Positions 52,564 through 63,141 of a stretch of 64,000 nt of DNA are shown here, piece after piece. This DNA is from Gemmatimonadaceae bacterium. Lineage in GTDB: Bacteria; Gemmatimonadota; Gemmatimonadetes; Gemmatimonadales; Gemmatimonadaceae. The notes below the pieces were generated by a model that saw only the letters and a program-made list of their open reading frames with translations, searched no databases and was not told the origin of the DNA. The first letter of the stretch is position 1. Each line of letters starts with the position of its first letter. The translations under genes and the position numbers were made by a program. The stretch lies in contig JBGAJQ010000010.1 in assembly GCA_044224875.1 (NCBI GenBank), positions 32,001-96,000 on the forward strand, in the 5' to 3' direction.

Positions 52564-54487
52564 GCGAGTCCGTAGCGACAGAAGAGTCGCGCGGTTGGCG
52601 TAGCGCGACCGATGGACAAGCGAGCAGGGCCTCAACGTAGCGCACGGTGGGGTCCCTCCCTCGAGGTGGACCACTGCCAAGGCGCCCGGCTAGCAATTGG
52701 GTAAGCGAGTCGACACCCGTCGTTGACCAGTCTCCTTCCACGAATACCATCCCGCGGACATGCCAGCGTGGAGTCAGGCCGGTTCGGATCGAGGCCGGTA
52801 CGGACATCGCCACGGCGAGTGGGCGGCGTGCGCTTCGTGCGGCGTTGGCCATTGCAGCCACGGTGGAGTCCAACGAGCGCCACACGGCGACTCCCTCATC
52901 GTTCAGCAGCGCGTAACGCCGTTGCAGCTCCCGTCGGTACCAGTCGGCCCCCAGCAGGGACAAGGTGACCGGAACGACGTCGGTGCGCAGGCCGCGTACG
53001 TATTGCGCTTGCCAAACGCTGTAGGAATCGTTGTCGCCGGCGAGCAGGAGCAGCGCGTTAGGCGGAGAAGAATCCAGTAGCGCATCGGCCAGGGTTCGCG
53101 AGACGGCGGCATCCGGCTCGCGCCGACGGTTTGTCGCCGACCAATTGAGGGCCACGAGGAGGAGCGCAATGAGCCACGGCGCGTGGGTGCCCAGCCGTTG
53201 AGAGCGCGACGTGACCGCCGACCACGCGCCTAGGGCGGCCCATGCGGCAATGCCCAGAAACGCCACCACAAAGAAATAGTCGCGTTCGCGAGCCTCGTGC
53301 CCTGCGTCCGGTGGCAGGATCCCCCACCCGATCGAGGGCCCAGCCTCCAGGTTCAACACCAGCACGGCGCCCAGCGCCCCCACAAGCACGTAGACCATCC
53401 ACACGCGCGCGCTTCTTGGGTCGAGCCGCCAATGCGCCCGGGCACCAATCCAGGCCAACGTCCCAAAGACCAACGTCACAGGGGTGCGCAGGAGCGACAA
53501 TCTCGTACCGCTATCCAAGCCGAAGGCGAACTGCCATTCGACATACTGCGCAAAATTGCCGAGCTGCAACCACAGGGGCGCGCGACGCGGCAGGAGCCCC
53601 GGTACGTCATACTGCGCGCGCGTGATCACGTCGATCAGCCGTGCCCACGTAGAGGGATCTCCCTGGTTGATACCCGGGTCGTGCCCGGCTCGCACCAGCA
53701 TGAACAACGTGCCCGATGCGCCAACTGCTACAAGGACCGCATACGTCGTCAGCTGCTTCACGCGTTCGATGCGCGCGCCAGGAAGTGGCAGTCCCGCGAC
53801 GATCACGCCGGCAATCGCACCAGCGCCAATCAGGGTCACCGACCCCTTGCCGAAACCCAGCGCCAACAGCATCGGACCGACCCAGATGACGAGCCTGCGA
53901 AGGGGCGCAACGCGCTCACCCGCACCCAGGTGCAGCAACAACAGGGCGGCCGGGGCGGCCAGCAGGGCGTCCAGGTGCAACGGCCCCGCAAGGCCCATCA
54001 GGTACGCAAGGAGCGCGGCGTGACGTGTGCTGTGCCCCTGGGCGTGCTCGGCGACCACCAGCATGAGCACGCCGAGCAGCAAGGAGAGCGCGTAGACTTC
54101 GGTCTCCGTCGCGTTCTGCCACACGGAGTAGACGAGGCCTCCCGCAAGGCCTGCCCCGATTCCGACCGCGCGAGTCTTCGTCCAGCGCGAGAACAGGTAA
54201 GCCACGCTTGCTCCTGCGGTCGCCGTAGCTACCGCGGAGAGCGCGTTCATGGCCACGGGCAAAGAGAGCCAGCGCAGGGCCAGCACCCACACCCGCCCCA
54301 GGAGCACATAGAGGGGTGCCCCCGGAGGGTGCGGAATGCCTAACGTGGCAACGGCGCTCTGGAACTCCCCGGCATCCCACAACGTGACGTCGGGAGCCAG
54401 CGACGCCACGTACACCCCCAGCAATACCGCAAACGTCAGGAACGGCGGTGAGGATAGGCGATGTCGCCGCGCTGGCTCGTCGCGCAC
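52538..54487 (-). CDS. DUF2723 polytopic membrane protein (GT-C-like)
   Basis: WDAGEF..AVATLGIPHPPGAPLY, ETEVY, RERDYFF, GDND. Confidence 0.82.
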   Translation of the reverse strand: MRDEPARRHRLSSPPFLTFAVLLGVYVASLAPDVTLWDAGEFQSAVATLGIPHPPGAPLYVLLGRVWVLALRWLSLPVAMNALSAVATATAGASVAYLFSRWTKTRAVGIGAGLAGGLVYSVWQNATETEVYALSLLLGVLMLVVAEHAQGHSTRHAALLAYLMGLAGPLHLDALLAAPAALLLLHLGAGERVAPLRRLVIWVGPMLLALGFGKGSVTLIGAGAIAGVIVAGLPLPGARIERVKQLTTYAVLVAVGASGTLFMLVRAGHDPGINQGDPSTWARLIDVITRAQYDVPGLLPRRAPLWLQLGNFAQYVEWQFAFGLDSGTRLSLLRTPVTLVFGTLAWIGARAHWRLDPRSARVWMVYVLVGALGAVLVLNLEAGPSIGWGILPPDAGHEARERDYFFVVAFLGIAAWAALGAWSAVTSRSQRLGTHAPWLIALLLVALNWSATNRRREPDAAVSRTLADALLDSSPPNALLLLAGDNDSYSVWQAQYVRGLRTDVVPVTLSLLGADWYRRELQRRYALLNDEGVAVWRSLDSTVAAMANAARSARRPLAVAMSVPASIRTGLTPRWHVRGMVFVEGDWSTTGVDSLTQLLAGRLGSGPPRGRDPTVRYVEALLACPSVALRQPRDSSVATDSLDSVCNFR

Positions 54488-54507
54488 GAGCCCCTGAAAC
54501 GGGGTCC

Positions 54508-56478
54508 TTATGCCGGGCTGACCTCCGGTCCACCCAACAGCGGCTTTGCGGCGGGCTTCGGTGTCGGCAGGCTAACGGGAGGAACGGCCGTAGGCGGCGT
54601 TGGCGGCGACGACGGCCGTTGGGGCAACTCCTCCCCACGAATCAAGTACGCGATGTCATCGCGTGTCAGCGTCTCCCGTTCGAGCAGCGACTTGGCCACT
54701 CGATGCAAGAGGTCCATGTGCTCGGTCAACGTCGACGTGGCGCGTCCGTACGCGGCGTCAATCACGTTCTTCACCTCGGCATCGACCATCTGCGCCGTCT
54801 GTTCGGACACCTCGCGCCGGCTCATGATCTGCTGGCCGAGGAAGACTTCCTGTTCGTTGTCGCCGACGAGAATCGGACCAATCGCGTCGGAAAGGCCCCA
54901 CTGCGTGACGTAGCGTCGCGCGATTGCGGTAGCCTGCTGAATGTCCGAAGCCGCGCCCGTCGTGACCCGCTCACGACCAAAGATCAACTCCTCGGCCACG
55001 CGGCCGCCATACGCCATGGCGAGCCGGGCTTCGATTTGCTCACGCGTGACCGACACACGGTCATCCTCCGGCAGCGTGAACGCCACGCCCAAAGCACGCC
55101 CGCGCGGTACGATCGTCACCTTGTGGAGCGGATCGTTGCCTTTGACCATGATCGCGCACACGGCGTGACCGGCTTCGTGGTACGCGGTCAGCCGGCGTTC
55201 GTCCTCCTTCATGACGAGCGACTTTCGCTCCGCACCCAGCATGACCTTGTCCTTCGCCTCTTCGAGGTCGGCCATGTAGATCTTGTCGTGGTTGCGTCTG
55301 GCGGCGAGGAGTGCGCCTTCATTCACGAGGTTCGCGAGATCCGCACCCGCCATACCGGGCGTACCTCGTGCCAAGCCAGTCACATCCACATCCTCGGCGA
55401 TCGGCTTGTTCCGGAGGTGGACACGAAGAATTCCCTCGCGCCCACGAAGGTCTGGCGAATCCACGACGATCTGGCGATCGAAGCGCCCGGGGCGCAGCAA
55501 AGCCGGGTCCAGCACGTCGGGACGGTTCGTCGCCGCAACCAGGATCACACCGTCGTTCGACTCGAACCCATCCATTTCCACGAGCAACTGGTTCAGCGTC
55601 TGCTCACGTTCGTCGTGGCCGCCACCGAGCCCGGCGCCGCGGTGGCGCCCGACCGCGTCGATTTCATCGATGAAGATGATGCACGGCGCGTGTGCCTTGC
55701 CTTGTTCAAAGAGGTCGCGAACACGTGAGGCACCAACACCCACGAACATCTCGACGAAGTCGGAGCCCGACATCGAGAAGAACGGACGACCTGCCTCGCC
55801 AGCGACGGCTTTCGCCAGTAGCGTCTTTCCCGTCCCGGGTGGGCCCACGAGCAACGCGCCCTTTGGCAGTCGACCGCCGAGCTTCTGAAATTTCAGCGGA
55901 TCCTTCAGGAACTCGATGATTTCCTGCAGCTCGACCTTGGCCTCGTCACATCCGGCAACGTCAGCAAACGTCACCTTGGGTGTGTCACCGGTGAGCAACT
56001 TGGCCTTGGATTTTCCAAAGGAGAACGCCTTGGCGCCCCCCGCTTGCATCTGACGGAAGAGGAAGATCCAGAACCCGATCAGCAGAAAGTACGGAAGGAG
56101 GTTGAGGATGTACGTGCCCACCGACGGCCGAGCCGCTTGGGCCGTGATGCGAACATTCTTTTCCTTGAGCGCTTCCAGTTCCTTCTCGGAGTCAGCGACG
56201 GGATAGCGGACGGTAAAACGCTTGACCTCACGCCCCTCGAGGACCACGCGCTGCCGGAAATCACCGGTCGCTACGCGGCCATCCTGAACACTGACTTTCG
56301 AGATGTTGTCGCGCGAGAGTTGGTCACGGTAATCCGTATACTCGATCTCCACGGCGGGCTCGGTACGCCCGCCGGAGAACTGGATCACGGCGACAGGAAT
56401 CAGGATGACGAGGATCCAAAACGAGAGCGTCTTGGAAATTCGACCCCAGCTTGGCTTCTTCGGTGCGGTGGGAGGCAT
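54508..56478 (-). CDS. ftsH: ATP-dependent zinc metalloprotease FtsH
   Basis: Two TMs, [21 protein letters not shown]. Confidence 0.98.
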   Translation of the reverse strand: MPPTAPKKPSWGRISKTLSFWILVILIPVAVIQFSGGRTEPAVEIEYTDYRDQLSRDNISKVSVQDGRVATGDFRQRVVLEGREVKRFTVRYPVADSEKELEALKEKNVRITAQAARPSVGTYILNLLPYFLLIGFWIFLFRQMQAGGAKAFSFGKSKAKLLTGDTPKVTFADVAGCDEAKVELQEIIEFLKDPLKFQKLGGRLPKGALLVGPPGTGKTLLAKAVAGEAGRPFFSMSGSDFVEMFVGVGASRVRDLFEQGKAHAPCIIFIDEIDAVGRHRGAGLGGGHDEREQTLNQLLVEMDGFESNDGVILVAATNRPDVLDPALLRPGRFDRQIVVDSPDLRGREGILRVHLRNKPIAEDVDVTGLARGTPGMAGADLANLVNEGALLAARRNHDKIYMADLEEAKDKVMLGAERKSLVMKEDERRLTAYHEAGHAVCAIMVKGNDPLHKVTIVPRGRALGVAFTLPEDDRVSVTREQIEARLAMAYGGRVAEELIFGRERVTTGAASDIQQATAIARRYVTQWGLSDAIGPILVGDNEQEVFLGQQIMSRREVSEQTAQMVDAEVKNVIDAAYGRATSTLTEHMDLLHRVAKSLLERETLTRDDIAYLIRGEELPQRPSSPPTPPTAVPPVSLPTPKPAAKPLLGGPEVSPA

Positions 56479-56491
56479 GGAATCCGTCCAG

Positions 56492-57043
56492 TTACTGCAA
56501 TCCTGCAATATAAGGCAAGTGCCGATAGTTCTCGGCGTGGTCGAGCCCATAGCCGACAAGGAACTCGTTGGGCGCGTCGAATCCGACGAACTTCGGGGGA
56601 TACTTCAAGTGTGTGGCAACGTGCTTGTCGAGGAGAGCGCAGACCTCGATGGACATGGGACGTCGTTCCGCGAGCACGTCCATTACCCTGCTGAGGGTTC
56701 GACCTGAATCAACGATGTCCTCCACCAGGAGAATGTGCTTGCCCTCGAGTGTGGTCTCGGGATCGTACACCAGCCGTACGTTGCCGCTGGAGACCGTCTG
56801 GCTCCCATAGCTGGAGGCGACCAGAAAGTCGACTTGCAGCGGCCGCTCAATGCTGCGGACCAAGTCGCTGACGAAGATGAAACTCCCTTTCAGTAGTCCA
56901 AGGACGAGGAGATGACCCTGCGGATACGCCGACGTGATTTCGCGGCCGAGCGCCCGAACACGCGCGGCGATCTCTTCGGCCGTGAAGACAATTCGCTTGA
57001 CCGCCCTGCCCTCAAGTCTCGGATCGGCTGTATTCGCGTTCAC
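56492..57043 (-). CDS. hpt: Hypoxanthine phosphoribosyltransferase
   Basis: LLKGS, VEDIVDSGRT, VGYGLD. Confidence 0.96.
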   Translation of the reverse strand: MNANTADPRLEGRAVKRIVFTAEEIAARVRALGREITSAYPQGHLLVLGLLKGSFIFVSDLVRSIERPLQVDFLVASSYGSQTVSSGNVRLVYDPETTLEGKHILLVEDIVDSGRTLSRVMDVLAERRPMSIEVCALLDKHVATHLKYPPKFVGFDAPNEFLVGYGLDHAENYRHLPYIAGLQ

Positions 57044-58343
57044 ACCTGTACACCACATGCGGCCCACCGGACCGCGCGGTTGCCGCATGACCGCGGCGGA
57101 TGCCTGGAATCCACACTACCTCGTCACCAGCTAACACAACCGGCCAGCCCCGTCGTTCGGGACCACTCACCCGGGCATCCTCAAAGAACCGGGCAACGCG
57201 CCGTGGCGGAACATGCGGTTTCACCTGCAAGCGATCGCCAGGCTTCCACGCACGAACTCGATATGTCGGGCCGGCGACCAGCGCCGCCTGCCACAGGTCC
57301 CACTTGCTTTCATCACCCTTAATAGTAGTCACCTCAAGGGGATAAAAGCGCCATTGTCCAATGGTGGTTCCTTTGTTGTCGCCAATCACGGCTTCGGTGT
57401 CAGCTCGGGGAGGCGCGTGACGAACGACGAATTCCCGTTGGGTTTGCAGCACCTCAAACCCGCCGGAAAGCGGCGTCACAGCCCCTGTTCTACCGCGCGT
57501 CGTCTGCGTCACCAGCCGCGCGATTCCCCGCCGGTCCGCTACAACGCCGGCCGCAGCGAGAATGGCCGGCCACAGCCACGCAAGGGAGGTGGGCGAAAGC
57601 GACGTTACCGACTCGATGGGAATTGCCACCATTCCGTCCGCTTGGTTCGACGTGAGTTCCGCCGCAACCGCCTCTCCCTCTAGCCGCAACGCTGCAGCTT
57701 GGCGCGAAAGCTCAAGGACGTCGGCGCTGAACGCCGGACACACGCGTTCAAACGCTGGTAGCAGATCCAGCCGAACGCGGTTTCTTAGGAACGACCGGTC
57801 CAGGTTCGACGGGTCGTCCACGTACTCGCACTGCAACCTGTCGGCGTATGCGCGTACGGATCCACGCGTGCAGTTCACGAGCGGCCTCAGAATCTCCGTA
57901 ACCGGTAGCAAGCCCGCGATCCCGCGTGCTCCGGCTCCGCGCAGGATCCGCATAACGACAGTCTCCAGATGATCCTCTCGAGTGTGCGCGGTAGCGATTG
58001 CCGCGCGCAAATCCCCGGCGACGGAATGGAGGAATCGCCACCTGGCTTCCCGCCAGCCGGCCTCGCTGCGTGGGAGGCTGCGGGCCCGCTGAGAAACGAA
58101 CGAGAAGCCGGCCGCCGCCGCCGCGCGCATCGCGACCTTAACCCCCTGTCGTGCGACGGACCCCGTTCCATGGTCAAAGGTGGCGACCGTTACCCGATGT
58201 TCGGCGCCAGCCACCCGTGCCGCAGCGGTCAACAGTGCCATCGAGTCGCAGCCGCCGGATACAGCAAGCACAACGCGACCGTGTGTTTGAAGCATCCCGC
58301 GCACGGCGGCTTCGATTTCGGGCGTATGCAGCGGCCGATCCAT
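57012..58343 (-). CDS. tilS: tRNA(Ile)-lysidine synthetase
   Basis: AVSGGCDS, AHTREDHLET, RPL, DPSN, RNRVR. Confidence 0.94.
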   Translation of the reverse strand: MDRPLHTPEIEAAVRGMLQTHGRVVLAVSGGCDSMALLTAAARVAGAEHRVTVATFDHGTGSVARQGVKVAMRAAAAAGFSFVSQRARSLPRSEAGWREARWRFLHSVAGDLRAAIATAHTREDHLETVVMRILRGAGARGIAGLLPVTEILRPLVNCTRGSVRAYADRLQCEYVDDPSNLDRSFLRNRVRLDLLPAFERVCPAFSADVLELSRQAAALRLEGEAVAAELTSNQADGMVAIPIESVTSLSPTSLAWLWPAILAAAGVVADRRGIARLVTQTTRGRTGAVTPLSGGFEVLQTQREFVVRHAPPRADTEAVIGDNKGTTIGQWRFYPLEVTTIKGDESKWDLWQAALVAGPTYRVRAWKPGDRLQVKPHVPPRRVARFFEDARVSGPERRGWPVVLAGDEVVWIPGIRRGHAATARSGGPHVVYRCEREYSRSET

Positions 58344-58447
58344 AGCGAGAATCTACTGGCAATGCCTGGTGCCCGACTGACGGGCTAGTCCTTGTCGTGA
58401 GCAGCGACCATATTAGGGTGTCACGTTCACGGTGAAGCGAGGCACTT

Positions 58448-58624
58448 GTGGAGACTCACGGTCCGTTAGGAACGCTCTGGGCTGGACTTGGGCTTGGCGC
58501 CTTCTATCTGGCGTTGCTCTGGGTGAACCTGCTCCTCGGGCACTTCCTCACCCCCCTGTTCCTGATTCCGCTGACCTGGATCCAGGACGCCGTGGCCCGG
58601 CGACGCGGAAAGGCCACCGCGTAG
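58448..58624 (+). CDS. Small membrane protein (58 aa), below the ORF-track cutoff
   Basis: GAGG RBS, GTG start, METHGPLGTLWAGLGLGAFYLALLWVNLLLGHFLTPLFLIPLTWIQDAVARRRGKATA, followed by a terminator. Confidence 0.65.
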   Translation: METHGPLGTLWAGLGLGAFYLALLWVNLLLGHFLTPLFLIPLTWIQDAVARRRGKATA

Positions 58625-58649
58625 GGCCGTTCCGCGTTGTGACTGCGTG

Positions 58650-58681
58650 AGGACGAAGGGAAACCTTCGTCCTTTTTTTTT
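58650..58681 (+). terminator. Rho-independent terminator
   Basis: AGGACGAAGG-GAAA-CCTTCGTCCT followed by a T run. Confidence 0.9.
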
Positions 58682-58839
58682 CGCCGCTGTTTATTGTGAC
58701 GACCTCGCGCACATCCGTTTTGTGCGCCGCGGCACCGCACACGCGGACTGTACTGTGGCAGCTACGTGGCTCGTCTCAACTGAGCCACTCGCGCACCACA
58801 ATTTGCGCCTCCTCGTACCTCTGGAAGACGCCTCGCACG

Positions 58840-61646
58840 ATGCCACTCCCACGACAGATCCTCGCCTGCACGGCCGCCGTCCTGCTTTGCCCATCTGTAG
58901 GCGTCGCGCAATCGCTCACCCGTCCGGAGCGGGCGTGGCAGACCGTCACCTCCGAGCACTTCGACGTCCACTATCCAAAGGAAATGAGCGTGTGGGCCGA
59001 GCCCGTGGCGCAGCGGATGGAGAGCGTTGCCGCCGCGGTCAACGCGTTGGTCGGGAACACGCCCAGCAAGCGCGTCACCGTGCTGATCGAGGATCCCAAC
59101 AACGTGTCGAACGGCTTCGCCGTCCCGCTGCTCGAGGGTCCGGTGGTTTTTTTCTGGCCGACGCCGCCGTCGCCAGGCCCAACGTTTGGCTCACATCGCG
59201 GGTGGGGTGAGGTGCTGGCGGTGCACGAGTATGCCCACATCGCGCACCTGACGTATCCCTCGCGAAATGGCTTCAACAACTTCATCTGGAAGTTCCTTCC
59301 CGCAAAGATCGGCCCCGTGGCGCGGAAATCGCCCGCGTGGGTGATCGAAGGCTACGCGACGTACATAGAGGGCAAGCTCACCGGGAACGGTCGACCCAAC
59401 AGCGTGGGACGCGCGGCGGTGCTTCGCACCTGGGCGCTCGACGGCAAGTTACCGACGTACGATCAGCTCAACAACGCCCGTCCGTTTTTCGGCGGGTCGA
59501 TGCGATACCTCGTGGGATCGGCTTTCCTCGAATGGCTGGCCGACAAGAAGGGAGAGGCGAGCCTAACGAACTTGTGGCGTCGGATGAGCGCCCGGCAGTC
59601 GCGCTCCTTCGCCGAAGCGTTTCGCGGCGCATTCGGCGCGTACCCCGATGAACTGTATGGCCGATTCTCCGTCGAGGTGATGGCGCGTTCTGCCGTTTCG
59701 CCTGACGGGCGCGTCGTGGCGCTCGTCGTGGGCGAGCCAGGGAAGCCCTCGCGCCTGGAGGTCTGGCGGACCGGGAACGACGGCAGCGACTCGGTGTTCG
59801 CCCGTCGCCAGCAGGAACTTGTGGCCCGCGATCCTCAGGACGTCGCGGCGATTGACTCCTTCCCTGCTCGACGGAAGGTGCTGGCACGCTTGAAGCCGTC
59901 GGCTGGGCGATCGGCCGAGGCGCCACGGTTCTTCGACGACAATGACCGACTGCTGGTGGTGCGTGATGAGCCGTTAGGCGACGGTGCCTCGCGGCCCGAC
60001 CTCTACATCTGGAACTATAAGACGGGCAGCTTCCACCGAGTCACGCACGGCGCGGCCATCAAGAGTGCCGACCCGAGTCCCGATGGGCGCAGCGCCGTGG
60101 CGGTTCAGTGCCTCAATGGCATCTGCAGCCTCGTGATGGTCGACCTCCAGCAGCGCACGATACGAACGCTCGCGCAGGGTGCTCCGGACGTGGTCTGGAA
60201 TCGCCCACGGTATTCGCCGGACGGCAAGACGGTTGCGGCTGCCGTCCAACGCGACGGCCGATGGCGCATCGCGATGGTCACCGTCAACGGCGGGAGCGTT
60301 CAGGAAATCGGTGACGAGTCGGCGGATCGCTATTCCCCGGCGTTCAGTGCGGACGGCAAGCAGCTCATCGTAGTCTCAGAGCGAGGTGGAATCGCGAACC
60401 TCGAGGCGATTGATCTCGCATCCCGTGGTACGCGTTCGCTGACGCGGGTCGTCGGGTCGCTGGCGTCTCCCGACGTGAGCGGAGATGGACGAGTGTATTT
60501 TCTCTCGCTCCACTCGCGCGGGTACGATGTGCGGCGCCTGACCCTCCAGAGCGCGCGCCGGCCCATTCCGTCCTCACGCTCGCGCCTAACCTCTTTCCGG
60601 TATCCCCGCGGGCACCCTTCTCGCGACCCTCGTTCGCGACAGGACGGGTGAACGGTCCGCACGACTACCTCACGGGCCCGCGTCGCTGGCGCATCCTGCC
60701 CGGAGGCACGGTTGGGCCCGAAGGGGACATGGGCACCTTGTCCCTGGCGAACACGGATCCGATTGGGCGCGTCGGCCTCCTGGCAATCGGTGGGTACGGG
60801 AACAAGGGCACATGGCGTGGCGGGTCGTTGGCAATCGAGACACGACGAACGCCCCTGCACGTGAACGTAGCCGGCTGGTACTCCGAACAACGCCCGTCGG
60901 AACAGAAGAACTGGACGGACGCGCCATCATCGTTCGACGCCAAGTACGTCGGAGCTGGCGGACAACTCGCATTGGAACGCGAATACGCGCATTGGGGGCT
61001 CATCCTGCGCGCGGGAGGGAGTGGAGGGTTCCTAGACGGCAATCAGCTGGATCGGGATACGCGGGCGATGGGTGTCGGGGAATTCCGCGGACGACTCACC
61101 ATCGGCATCGGCAGTCTCCCGGTGACCATCTGGGGTGGTGTGTTGACTGCCCAGGGCATCACCGCTGACGATCGTTGGTCGTTAGGCCTCTCGAAAGGCA
61201 CCATGACGCTTGGCGGCCGTTCGCGGGCGCTTAAGTTGGAGGCGATGGCCGGGCACGTTACCGCGGCTGGATCGGCGGAGTTCGGAAGGGCGTATGAGCA
61301 ATTCGCGATCGGTGGGTCGCCCGGTCCGTTTGCCGACGCGTCGTACCTCGTGAATCGCATCCCCCTTCCCGGTGTGCCGACGGGGTTTGTGAGTGGCGAG
61401 CGGGTGGCGATGGCCCGCGCCTCCATCAAGGGTCACATTCTGGAACCGTCGGTCACCTATGTCGCGGGCGGCGAACGACGCACCGAGTGGAAACGGGTGT
61501 TCGCGCTGGAGCGCGAGTTCGCCTGGCCCTCGATTGGCTACGCGCGTCTTCCTGGTGTTCGTGTCCACGGCGGGGTGAGTTACTCGGTGGACCAGCCCTA
61601 CGAGCACAAGGTTCGCCCGTACCTCTCGCTCACGTATCGGCCGTAA
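58840..61646 (+). CDS. Exported protein: HExxH peptidase-like domain, TolB/PD40 beta-propeller and C-terminal beta-barrel-like region; frameshift near 60555
   Basis: Signal peptide, HEYAH and PAWVIEGYA, repeated SPDG units, C-terminal alternating beta pattern ending YLSLTYRP. The two frames join at GCGCGCGCCG. Confidence 0.7.
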
Positions 61647-61711
61647 AGCCGGCACGTACGCGGTCGTTTTCGCACTCTTCAAAGATTCGGGAGAGCGCGT
61701 AGTTTCGAGGC

Positions 61712-62713
61712 ATGACTCGAACGACGCGAATCCTCGGCTCACTAGCGGTCTTCTTGTTGAGTTGTGCGCAGCCCGCCAAGCAAGACGCGGCAGTGAGCAG
61801 GCCGGCGTGGTGCGCGAACCTTCCGCGCGCGGCGTACGCGACGCTGGAGCGCGTGAACCTGCCCACAGACTGGTTCGAGGTGTATCGCGTCGGGGATGGC
61901 GTCTACGCGATCTACGAACCGAAGCAGTTTCAGGAGGTGATCTCCTACCTCATCCTCGGCTCCACTCGCGCTTTGCTCTTCGACACCGGACTGGGGATCG
62001 GCAACATCAAGGCGGTGGCGAGGCACCTGACCGCACTGCCGCTTGTGGTGCTGAATTCACATACGCACTACGACCACACGGGCGGCAATGCCGCGTTTGA
62101 TTCCATCCTCGCGGTGAACTCGGCATACACGCGCGAGAACTCATTGGGTTTCCGCCACGAGCAGTTGCAAGGCGAAGTGGCACCGGAAGCGTTTTGCGCA
62201 CCGACACCGGCAGGGTTCGACGCCTCCAGGTACATGGTGAAGAAGTGGACTCCCACCCAACTCATTGGCGACAACGAGCGGGTTGATTTGGGGGGCCGGC
62301 AACTTCGTGTGTTGCAGGTGCCGGGGCACACGCCGGACGCCACCGCGTTGTGGGACTCGACGGCGGGATATCTCTGGACCGGTGACTCGTTCTACGAAGG
62401 ACCCATCTGGCTCTTCGTGGACGAGACGGATTGGCCGGCGTATGCGCATTCGGTGGATCGCATGGCGGCCCTTGTGCCGTCCCTGGTCAAGGTTTTTCCG
62501 TCGCACAATGTGGCATCGTCGGATCCGAAGCTGCTTCTTCAGCTGCAACGAGCCGTTCGCGAAGTTCAGGGCGGCCAGGCGAAGCCGACCCCGGGAAACG
62601 GTGACCAGGTCACCTACGATTTTGGGGCGTTTTCCCTGCTCACGTCGAAGCACGCGCTGGCGGGTCCGTCACCGAATGCTGTCGGAGGCTCGGGGCTCTC
62701 GACGCCAAAGTAG
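61712..62713 (+). CDS. MBL-fold metallo-hydrolase lipoprotein
   Basis: Lipobox LLSC, HTHYDH, PGHT, TGD, PSH. Confidence 0.88.
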   Translation: MTRTTRILGSLAVFLLSCAQPAKQDAAVSRPAWCANLPRAAYATLERVNLPTDWFEVYRVGDGVYAIYEPKQFQEVISYLILGSTRALLFDTGLGIGNIKAVARHLTALPLVVLNSHTHYDHTGGNAAFDSILAVNSAYTRENSLGFRHEQLQGEVAPEAFCAPTPAGFDASRYMVKKWTPTQLIGDNERVDLGGRQLRVLQVPGHTPDATALWDSTAGYLWTGDSFYEGPIWLFVDETDWPAYAHSVDRMAALVPSLVKVFPSHNVASSDPKLLLQLQRAVREVQGGQAKPTPGNGDQVTYDFGAFSLLTSKHALAGPSPNAVGGSGLSTPK

Positions 62714-62727
62714 CACCTGCCGCAGAA

Positions 62728-63141
62728 TCAGGGCGCGATGGTGATTTCGCCGTTGGCTGAAACTCGGAGCATTCCGTTTGGCAACGCGCGTTGGTCGCCG
62801 ACGCCGAGTTGCACGACGGGGATCGCGGGAAGGCCCATTTCGCGGGCGACGATGACCCCGAGCGAGAGGATCGCGTCGGGCTCGGGCACGATGACAGCCG
62901 CCGGCGCACATCCGCACGACAGCAGCTCCAACATGATGTAGCTGGACGAGGACGATCCCACCGTGCCCGTCAGGGCGAGTACACGCCCCGCAACGCACGC
63001 CCCATGTTGTGGGTGCCTGGGATCAGTGACCACGCCGGTTTGCGGGTCGACGCCACCCCACAGTGAAATCGGCCGTTCGAATCGTAGCAGTACGCCCATT
63101 CCCTCGCCTGGTACGATGGGTGTCGCCTGCCAGCGGTTCAC
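62728..63141 (-). CDS. Aconitase X swivel (small) subunit, DUF126
   Basis: ISLWGGVDPQTG..HPQ.G, GSSSSS; GTGA overlap with the large subunit. Confidence 0.85.
   Translation of the reverse strand: MNRWQATPIVPGEGMGVLLRFERPISLWGGVDPQTGVVTDPRHPQHGACVAGRVLALTGTVGSSSSSYIMLELLSCGCAPAAVIVPEPDAILSLGVIVAREMGLPAIPVVQLGVGDQRALPNGMLRVSANGEITIAP

Noticed and set aside
58380..58681. Riboswitch or ncRNA before the strong terminator
   Set aside because: No recognisable aptamer consensus; a small ORF with an RBS explains the region better.
61712..62713. MBL protein as a true metallo-beta-lactamase
   Set aside because: HxHxDH is shared across the whole fold; nothing specific supports B1-B3 beta-lactamase membership.
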